IMG/VR virus record: IMGVR_UViG_3300042904_000073
Location: 83-64,082 of that record
DNA length: 64,000 nt
Strand: one strand, 5' to 3'
Origin: a virus
Taxonomy: Duplodnaviria > Caudoviricetes
Shown here: one piece after another, positions 57,337 to 64,000 of the stretch
How the letters are laid out: every line of letters starts with the position of its first letter
How positions within the stretch are numbered: the stretch's first letter is position 1
Notes under the pieces: model-generated
Told to the model about the DNA's origin: nothing
What the model saw: only the letters and a program-made list of their open reading frames with translations
Databases searched by the model: none
Position numbers and translations under genes: made by a program

Positions 57337-59142
57337 ATGAACGAAACCCGCGCCTTTCTCGAAGCTCTCTTTTCCAGGATGCCTGAAGGCGCTCGACTGC
57401 TGATTTGGACCTTGCCCGAGAAGCGGAGCTTCTGGTGCCAGTCCGTCGAAGAGGCGGTCACGCAGGTAGAGAGAGTTCGTCAGACCAGTAACGTTTACTT
57501 CGGCATCGGCCTACTCGGTAAGGACTTCGGGCCGACCAAGCGAGGCAACGCCGAAGACCGCATCGCTATCCCCGCGCTGTGGGCTGACTTCGATATTGCG
57601 AACGCAGCCGCCCACAAGAAGGGCAACCTGCCTCCGAACCGGCAGGCGATTCTGGACCTGCTCAAAGAGGCAGGCCTGCCGCCCACTATCTCCATCAACA
57701 GCGGCCACGGGCTCCAGTCGTACTGGCTGTTCAACGACCTGTGGCAGTTCACCAGCGAAGAGGACCGGGGCAAGGCCGAAGACCTGATCCGGCGCTGGAA
57801 CTACACGCTGCGAGACCTGGCCCGAAAGAAGGGTTGGGACGTGGACTCCACGTTCGACCTTGCCCGTGTGTACCGGGTGCCGGGCACGATGAACCGGAAG
57901 GTGCCGACGAGCCCCGTGCCGGTCGAAATCGTCCATGCGGACGGCCCGCGCTACAACCCGGCTGACTTCGAGCCCTACCTGATCGCCGAGGACCCGAGCC
58001 TGCGTGCTTCCAAGGCGAAGGACTACAACGGTGTCCAGGTATCCGAAGACCTGACGCTGGACCCTACGGCCAGCGTAGACCTGGAGAAGTTCGAGCTACT
58101 GTGCGAGGCCGACCCGAAGTTCGCGCTCTCGTGGGACCGAAAGCGGAAGGACTTCTCGGATACGTCGGGCTCCAGCTATGACATGAGCCTGGCGACCATT
58201 GCGGCGAACGCCGGATGGACTGACCAGGAAATCGTCAACCTACTGATCCACCATCGCCGGAAGCACAAAGACGACCTGAAGCTGCGGATCAACTACTACC
58301 GGCTCACCCTGTTCAACGCTCGTAAAGGCATTGCTGCACAGCAAGCTATCGAGCGTCTGAACGAAATGCTTCATGAGACCCCGGAAGCCGTCGAATACGA
58401 CGACCTGGGGCCGGTCATGGATGAAGACGACGACGACCAGCCGGAAGACCTTTCGGAGCCGGGCGAGCCCGGTAGTCCCGGCAAGCCGGTCGAGAAGAAG
58501 GCCGAGCCGAAGAAGCAGACCAGTGAGCAAGAGAGCAAGCGGCAAACCATCCTGCGCCACGTCTCGGACCTGCTTGGGTTCGAGATTGTAAACATCATCA
58601 AGTACGTGTCGAGCGAGCCGACCTTCCGCCTGGAGACTGCCAGGGGCGGCATCATGCTCGGAAACGTCAACGGGCTGATTAAGCAGGAAGCACTCCGCAG
58701 CCAGGTTGCTGCGCTTACCGGCTTCTACCTGCCGAAGTTCAAGAACAACCTGTGGGACACTATCGCCCAGAGCTTGCTCAACGCGGTAGAGGAGCAGAGC
58801 GCAGGCGAAGAGGCCACGGACGAAGGGGCTATCCGCACCTGGCTTCGCATCTACCTGTCCGACAACCAGCCGAGCGATGCGGGGCTCACCGAGGAGAACG
58901 TCGCCAACCAGTTCCCCTACGTGGACGCCGCATCCGGCCGCGTCTACATCTTCGGGATCGGCTTCCAGGACTGGCTCAAGAAGAAGTACGGCGAGAACCT
59001 GGGACCGAAGCGCCTGGGGGCTCTCCTACGGCTCTATGGGGCCTCGCCCGAAGTGGTAGGCCTCGTCTTCAACGGCAAGAAGACGACCCGTTCCGTGTGG
59101 CGGATGCCCTACGACACCGGAGAGGGCGAGTTCGGCGGATAG
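57337..59142 (+). CDS. RepB-like archaeo-eukaryotic primase
   Basis: NVYFG, LWADFD, SGHGLQSYW, DLARVYRVPGT.NRK, D.S.S.YD. Confidence 0.85.
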   Translation: MNETRAFLEALFSRMPEGARLLIWTLPEKRSFWCQSVEEAVTQVERVRQTSNVYFGIGLLGKDFGPTKRGNAEDRIAIPALWADFDIANAAAHKKGNLPPNRQAILDLLKEAGLPPTISINSGHGLQSYWLFNDLWQFTSEEDRGKAEDLIRRWNYTLRDLARKKGWDVDSTFDLARVYRVPGTMNRKVPTSPVPVEIVHADGPRYNPADFEPYLIAEDPSLRASKAKDYNGVQVSEDLTLDPTASVDLEKFELLCEADPKFALSWDRKRKDFSDTSGSSYDMSLATIAANAGWTDQEIVNLLIHHRRKHKDDLKLRINYYRLTLFNARKGIAAQQAIERLNEMLHETPEAVEYDDLGPVMDEDDDDQPEDLSEPGEPGSPGKPVEKKAEPKKQTSEQESKRQTILRHVSDLLGFEIVNIIKYVSSEPTFRLETARGGIMLGNVNGLIKQEALRSQVAALTGFYLPKFKNNLWDTIAQSLLNAVEEQSAGEEATDEGAIRTWLRIYLSDNQPSDAGLTEENVANQFPYVDAASGRVYIFGIGFQDWLKKKYGENLGPKRLGALLRLYGASPEVVGLVFNGKKTTRSVWRMPYDTGEGEFGG

Positions 59143-59170
59143 AAAGCCGTTGACAATGAAGGGGAAGCTC

Positions 59171-59199
59171 TTGCAGCTTCCCCTTTGCCGTGCTATACT
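59171..59199 (+). promoter_or_regulatory. Sigma70-type promoter
   Basis: TTGCAG-17-TATACT with TG extension. Confidence 0.55.
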
Positions 59200-59219
59200 G
59201 CGTGTGGGAGGTATTGACA

Positions 59220-61013
59220 ATGAGTGTAGTGGACATACAGCACCAAGAAGAGTTGATGAAGCGCGAGACCCGGATGCGCCGGGTGATCGGGCCTCCCGGC
59301 TGTGGCAAGACCACGCGCCTTGGACGCATCTGCCAGCACGCCGCACGCCACTACGGCAGCGAGAAGGTCATGGTCATGTCTTTGACCAGGGCAGCGGCGG
59401 CAGAAGTCACGCGCAAGGAGATTGACGGGGCACGTATCCCGGTTCCCAAGCAGAACATCGGGACCATGCACGCAATGGCCTACCGGGCGCTCGAACGGCC
59501 GGAAATCGCCGACACTCCCAAGAATATCGGACTCTGGAATGAGTGGATCGTCCAGCAGGGTCACCCTACCTACCGGCTCACCGTGGAAGGCGCGGACATG
59601 GACGACTCGGCCACAGAGTCAGCCGTGGTAATGCAGACCACGGGTGACGAGGCCTACAACGCCTACGGTATCGCCCGCGCCCGGCTCCAGCCAGTGAACA
59701 GCCTCTCGGCATCCATCCAAGGCTTCGTGAAGTGGTGGGAGTTGTTCAAGACGGAACACGACATGATGGACTTCAGCGAAATGCTGGAGCGAGCCTATCA
59801 CGACGTGGACACCGCGCCGGGCGACCCTCGCGTGATCCTGCTGGACGAAGGCCAGGATACCCCCAAGCTCGGAATGCGGCTCGCTCGCAAGTGGGGAGAG
59901 GAAGCGGACTGGTTCTTCGTGGTAGGTGACCCGCTCCAGAATCTCTACCAGTGGGCGGGCACGGACCCCGAGAGCTTCACCTTCCCGGTCTTGCCACAGG
60001 ATCAGCAGGAAGTACTGTCCCAGAGCTACCGGGTGCCCCGGCGCGTGCGGGACTTCGCCTTCAAGTGGATAGAACCCCACAAGCTGGAAGTCGAGGCGCA
60101 GCTTGGCAAGAAGATCGAGTATAACGCCCGGCTGGACCGGCAGACCGGCGAGCCCGTGGAAGGCGAAGTGCGGACCCTACCTGCGGCAAGTTGGAAGTAC
60201 CCGGAGCCCGCCATCCGCGACTGCATGAAGTACCTCGAAGCGGGCAAGACGGTGTTCTTCATTACGGCTTGCTCTTACATGCTCCAGCCGCTCATTGCGT
60301 CCCTGCGTCAGAACGGAATTCCCTTCTGGAATCCGTGGCGCGAGACGCGGGGTGACTGGAACCCGCTGCACGCTACACGGGGCACCAGCAGCGCCATGCG
60401 GCTCCTATCCTTCCTACGCCTGGACGAACGCGCCTGGGGTGACGACGTACGGCTCTGGAACCCGAAGGAGTTGCACGCCTGGACCGAGATTCTGGAAGCG
60501 AAGAACCTGCTGAAGCGGGGCGCAAAGGAGAAGATCAAGGCTGCGGCCGACAAGCCGATCCGCCATGACGAACTCGGCCATGCCCTTTCCGGCGAGCTTC
60601 AACTGGCCGACCTGGACCTCTGGTTCGAGGACCTGGACGCGCTTGTTGACGTGGCCGGGATGATCGCTGAAGGAAGGGCGCTCGACTGGTTCAAGTCCCG
60701 GCTGCTATCCGGCAAGCGGAAGGCGATGGAGTTCCCTATCGCTATCGCCAAGAAGCACGGGCCGCAGAAGCTCCGGGAGAAGCCGCAGGTGGTCGTCGGC
60801 ACGATCCACAGCCTGAAGGGTGCCGAGGCCGAGGCTGTCTATGTGTTCCCCGACCTGTCGGGCGCTGGAATGCAGAACTGGAACCGGCGCGGACCCGAGA
60901 AGGAAGGCGTGCGCCGGGCCTTCTACGTAGCCTTCACCCGCGCCAGCGAGACCCTGATCCTGTGTCAGCGGGCAAGCCCGAGCGCCATTCAGTACCCGTC
61001 AACAAGGAGCTAG
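59220..61013 (+). CDS. UvrD/Rep-like SF1 helicase
   Basis: GPPGCGKT, TMHA, DEGQD, VGDPLQNLY, QSYRVP, TIHSLKG.E, YVAFTRA. Confidence 0.92.
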   Translation: MSVVDIQHQEELMKRETRMRRVIGPPGCGKTTRLGRICQHAARHYGSEKVMVMSLTRAAAAEVTRKEIDGARIPVPKQNIGTMHAMAYRALERPEIADTPKNIGLWNEWIVQQGHPTYRLTVEGADMDDSATESAVVMQTTGDEAYNAYGIARARLQPVNSLSASIQGFVKWWELFKTEHDMMDFSEMLERAYHDVDTAPGDPRVILLDEGQDTPKLGMRLARKWGEEADWFFVVGDPLQNLYQWAGTDPESFTFPVLPQDQQEVLSQSYRVPRRVRDFAFKWIEPHKLEVEAQLGKKIEYNARLDRQTGEPVEGEVRTLPAASWKYPEPAIRDCMKYLEAGKTVFFITACSYMLQPLIASLRQNGIPFWNPWRETRGDWNPLHATRGTSSAMRLLSFLRLDERAWGDDVRLWNPKELHAWTEILEAKNLLKRGAKEKIKAAADKPIRHDELGHALSGELQLADLDLWFEDLDALVDVAGMIAEGRALDWFKSRLLSGKRKAMEFPIAIAKKHGPQKLREKPQVVVGTIHSLKGAEAEAVYVFPDLSGAGMQNWNRRGPEKEGVRRAFYVAFTRASETLILCQRASPSAIQYPSTRS

Positions 61014-61014
61014 G

Positions 61015-61323
61015 ATGAAGCCAGAGACACGGCTTGTCAACAAGATCAAGGAGCGGTTCGAGCGGACGCCGGGCATCTGGTTCATGAAGGTCCACGGGTC
61101 TCCGTTCCAGATGGCCGGGGTGCCCGACCTAATAGGCTGCTACAGGGGCCGATTCTTCGGCCTGGAAGCCAAGGTGGGCTCCAACGTCCCAACCCTGCTC
61201 CAGCAGCGCACTATGGCCGCGCTAGAGGCCGCAGGAGCGATTGTAGCAGAGGTGCGCTCCGTCGAAGATGCAGAGCGGGTGCTGGAATTGCCGCCGCCCA
61301 TCGTCAAGAAGAAAAGGACTTGA
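61015..61323 (+). CDS. VRR-NUC domain nuclease
   Basis: GVPDLI...GRF..LEAK, T.LQ. Confidence 0.85.
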   Translation: MKPETRLVNKIKERFERTPGIWFMKVHGSPFQMAGVPDLIGCYRGRFFGLEAKVGSNVPTLLQQRTMAALEAAGAIVAEVRSVEDAERVLELPPPIVKKKRT

Positions 61324-61348
61324 CAACAGAAGTCAAGCCTGTTAACCT
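61320..61348 (+). promoter_or_regulatory. Sigma70-type promoter with TTGAC-N7-GTCAA palindrome
   Basis: TTGACA-17-TAACCT with TG extension. Confidence 0.7.
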
Positions 61349-61380
61349 ACAACTAGACGGGATTTACAAGGAGGTTGAAG

Positions 61381-61710
61381 ATGCAATACACCTGGATCAG
61401 CACCACGGTAAGAACTACCAAAGACGGCATTGCAGTTGACATGAACACCAGCGAGCAGCCCAACCTGATCGCGCCGGAATGGATCATCAACCTGTGCGGC
61501 GGTGCCATCACCTACACGCGAACCAGCGAAGACGGCTACGAAGAAGTTCCGCTCGACCAGGTGCCCGACGTGATCCGCTGCAAGCTCTACGACGCGCTCG
61601 CCAACGCCAGGAGCCTGATCCGTAGCACGTTCGACCAGTGTGTCAGCCACTTCACCGCGCCGGGCACCGTCTTCATCGAAGCCAGCAAGATCAAAAACGA
61701 GCGACCGTAA
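61381..61710 (+). CDS. Hypothetical protein
   Basis: AGGAGG SD. Confidence 0.6.
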   Translation: MQYTWISTTVRTTKDGIAVDMNTSEQPNLIAPEWIINLCGGAITYTRTSEDGYEEVPLDQVPDVIRCKLYDALANARSLIRSTFDQCVSHFTAPGTVFIEASKIKNERP

Positions 61711-61725
61711 CCAAGGAGGTTCAGA

Positions 61726-62022
61726 ATGCCCAAGCCAAAGCAGAAGAGTCGGGGTCAGCGATGGTCGGAAGCCGTCGCGGCGGTCCAGGCGAACGTCGAG
61801 GCGGCGAAGGAAGCCCTCGAAGAACTGAAGTCCGTGCGCGGCGAATACGAGGAATGGAAGGATAACCTGCCGGAGAACCTGCAATCCAGTGCGCTCGGCG
61901 AGAAGCTGGAAGCCGTGTGCGACCTGGACCTGGACGGGGTAGAGAGCAGCCTGGACGACGCGCTCTCAACGCTCGAAGAAGCGGAGAGCATGGACCTGCC
62001 TCTCGGCTTCGGGAGGGACTAG
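61726..62022 (+). CDS. Acidic coiled-coil phage protein
   Basis: AGGAGG SD; EY.EW.DNLPENLQ.S motif. Confidence 0.7.
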   Translation: MPKPKQKSRGQRWSEAVAAVQANVEAAKEALEELKSVRGEYEEWKDNLPENLQSSALGEKLEAVCDLDLDGVESSLDDALSTLEEAESMDLPLGFGRD

Positions 62023-62025
62023 CCT

Positions 62026-62361
62026 ATGGTCCTCTACACGGCTTCCATCGACCCTGGCGGCACCAGGGTACGGGTCAACGTGATCCCGGTATGGCGCGAG
62101 ACCGAGACCAACTGGTTCGTGCCTCGTTCAGACCGGACGTTCGGCCGCTCCAAAGTGACGAAGAAGAGGGCTCGGCGCTACGGGTGGGGCCTGACCCCGG
62201 CCGAGGCCATAGACTACCTGATCGGCGTCTCCGGGTTCACGTTGGAGCGGCTGGCGCAGTTACAGGCACTCGAAGAGAGGCGCATGGAAACCCTGAATGC
62301 TGCCAAGAACAAGGCAGTCGAGGAGCCAGGCTGGTTCGAGCAGCGATTCTGGTATCCGTAG
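62026..62361 (+). CDS. Hypothetical protein
   Basis: In the operon; followed by a hairpin. Confidence 0.55.
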   Translation: MVLYTASIDPGGTRVRVNVIPVWRETETNWFVPRSDRTFGRSKVTKKRARRYGWGLTPAEAIDYLIGVSGFTLERLAQLQALEERRMETLNAAKNKAVEEPGWFEQRFWYP

Positions 62362-62366
62362 CGAGG

Positions 62367-62390
62367 AGCCCCGCCGCGAGGTGGGGCTTC
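62367..62390 (+). terminator. Terminator-like hairpin
   Basis: AGCCCCGCC-GCGA-GGTGGGGCT. Confidence 0.55.
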
Positions 62391-62413
62391 GTCGCGTTTA
62401 ACCATCCACGGTC

Positions 62414-62451
62414 GGAATAACGATCTGGAATAACGATCTGGAATAACCATC
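62414..62451. repeat. Three tandem 13-bp repeats GGAATAACGATCT in an origin-like non-coding region
   Basis: Two exact copies and one variant (GGAATAACCATC). Confidence 0.85.
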
Positions 62452-62782
62452 GGTATAGCGGATTTAACGATCCTGGAAGATGGTTAAACGCTTTAGCACT
62501 CTTGACAACCTAAAAAGCAGACCGTGAAAGCCCTTTCCGTCCCTATAAGGGAGATTTAACGGTTTAACCATTTAGCGGGCTCGAAATTTCCGCCGTGCGA
62601 GAAACGACTCGGAAATGGCTAAATGGTTAAATCTGTGCGTAACTGTTGGGAAGATGGCTATACGACTGCCGGTCAGAATGTGGCGTTGTCGTTTCCAGAC
62701 GAGACGACTATCCCCTTTTCGGACTCAGAAGGCGTGTGGAGTCTCGCACGCATGATAGTGACTAAACCGTCATGCCTGCGGA

Positions 62783-63064
62783 CTACCAGTCGCGCTCGTG
62801 CTGGCACCGTCTGACGTGGACCCAGAGTGCTGCCGCGCACCAGGCCAGTACGACCAGCCCTTGCACCCATGGGTTGTGGACTACCAGGCGTGACAGGTGC
62901 AGTACCAGCCCGCCGACAGCGAACACGAGACAGTACCGGGCAGCTACTCGGTGACCGCGACGAACGAACGCTTCTACCTCGGCTTGCTTCAGCACTGCGC
63001 CGAGCGCCGGGCTGGTCTCGACTTCTTCCAGTTCATCCAGGTAACGCTGCATTCGCTCACTCAT
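62783..63064 (-). CDS. Small two-TM membrane protein
   Basis: MSERMQ start; two hydrophobic helices. Confidence 0.45.
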   Translation of the reverse strand: MSERMQRYLDELEEVETSPALGAVLKQAEVEAFVRRGHRVAARYCLVFAVGGLVLHLSRLVVHNPWVQGLVVLAWCAAALWVHVRRCQHERDW

Positions 63065-63098
63065 GCTGAACCTTACCCAATCTGTTGAAAACAAGGTG

Positions 63099-63127
63099 TT
63101 GACAGCCGTTGTATAGGGTGGTATAAG
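63099..63127 (+). promoter_or_regulatory. Sigma70-type promoter
   Basis: TTGACA-17-TATAAG; first 15 bp identical to promoter 35577(-). Confidence 0.65.
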
Positions 63128-63163
63128 TATGCAGGCCGCAGTCAGCGGCCAGGAGGTAGCCAG

Positions 63164-63406
63164 ATGAAGTTGTCCAAGACCCAGGAGAAGCTGTTGGCCC
63201 GAGCCAAGGAAAGTCCGCGACGGCTCGTTACTCCTTCTGGCAATCGAGAGCTTAATGCAGCGGTCGGACTTGTCAATGCTGGCACCCTGAAAGTACACAG
63301 TGAACATCGCGGGATGTACTACCGCAATCGCGGCACTGGCCGCTGTCGCTACAGTCAGCAGGTCTATTACGTCGAAACTACATACAAATTAGTTGACAAC
63401 GCCTGA
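63164..63406 (+). CDS. Hypothetical protein
   Basis: AGGAGG SD; MKLSKTQ.K.L. Confidence 0.65.
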   Translation: MKLSKTQEKLLARAKESPRRLVTPSGNRELNAAVGLVNAGTLKVHSEHRGMYYRNRGTGRCRYSQQVYYVETTYKLVDNA

Positions 63407-63421
63407 AAAGGTCGTTAAACT
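63393..63421 (+). promoter_or_regulatory. Sigma70-type promoter
   Basis: TTGACA-17-TAAACT. Confidence 0.65.
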
Positions 63422-63456
63422 GAATTCAGATCGACACACGACCACGGAGGTGACCT

Positions 63457-63846
63457 ATGAGCTACCATCAGATCGGCAACCGTCATTTCAGCTACGATAC
63501 CTGCATCCGTGAACTGCTGCCGGATGGCCGCAGCATCGGCAACGTGACCAAGTACAGCGCCACGACCAGCAAGCACCAGCGCCAGGCCTGCGTTCAGTCC
63601 TGCGACGTGAAGATCGACAACGTGCCGACCGGCACCTCTGACCTGACGGAACTCTACCTTCAGCGCAACCCGGCCGAGGCTCCGAAGAACTACGCGGAAG
63701 AGGCGCTGGACGACGTGAAGAAGCTCCTGATCTTGCTGGACACCGCGCTCTCCTGTATGCCCGCTGGCAGCGACCGCAAGCGGCTGGACGAGCAGTATGT
63801 CGCCATCGACCGGAAGTACCGGCCGGAAGCATACAAGGGGCGCTAA
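63457..63846 (+). CDS. Hypothetical protein
   Basis: GGAGG SD; YS.TTSKHQ motif. Confidence 0.7.
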   Translation: MSYHQIGNRHFSYDTCIRELLPDGRSIGNVTKYSATTSKHQRQACVQSCDVKIDNVPTGTSDLTELYLQRNPAEAPKNYAEEALDDVKKLLILLDTALSCMPAGSDRKRLDEQYVAIDRKYRPEAYKGR

Positions 63847-63848
63847 CC

Positions 63849-64000
63849 ATGCCAAGAACTCGCATAGTGTCTCCCGAGGAGCGACTGAACGGCAAGGCCG
63901 GGATACTCACACTGGTCAAGCCCGGCCAGGTCGTCTACACCCTGGTTCTCCATCGACACGCTCAAGGAGCCTGGGGAAGTATCTCACTGTTCATCGTCCA
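63849..64000 (+). CDS. Hypothetical protein (3'-truncated)
   Basis: ATG right after the upstream stop; frame open to the window end. Confidence 0.45.
   Translation, partial: MPRTRIVSPEERLNGKAGILTLVKPGQVVYTLVLHRHAQGAWGSISLFIV

Noticed and set aside
62414-62451. CRISPR mini-array
   Set aside because: 13-bp repeats are contiguous with no spacers; no cas genes
1-64000. Stop-codon reassignment
   Set aside because: Genes are intact and tightly packed under the standard code, using all three stop codons
1-64000. tRNA genes, integrase or att site
   Set aside because: None recognisable in the window

Overview
The window is most of a GC-rich tailed dsDNA phage genome with a siphovirus layout; no integrase or tRNA is visible. 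It starts inside the terminase large subunit. 1-30.9 kb (+) is the virion and lysis arm: portal, fused protease-scaffold-capsid, decoration and fibre-like genes, neck, tail tube, frameshifted tail chaperones, tape measure, a very Cys-rich tail protein, a repeat fibre, a double glycosyltransferase, holins and an amidase endolysin. It is followed by a sigma factor gene. 32-52.7 kb (-) carries nucleotide metabolism and replication genes (ThyX, class II RNR, DnaE, MazG, dCTP deaminase, Gp157, DNA MTase, NMP kinase, Top6A/Spo11-like). 52.9-64 kb (+) carries a SNF2 helicase, 3D protein, HTH, SSB, AEP primase, UvrD helicase, VRR-NUC and an origin-like region. The most striking signal is a candidate ~74-nt small RNA at 30937-31010. 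Its 5' end (GGGAUAAC, then an anti-SD-like ACCUCUU) is the exact complement of an octamer GUUAUCCC found at or near the start codons of nine phage genes, including thyX, primase, MTase, nrdJ, holin and endolysin. This suggests a phage-encoded multi-target antisense regulon. All calls come from reading motifs by eye; no database searches were run.
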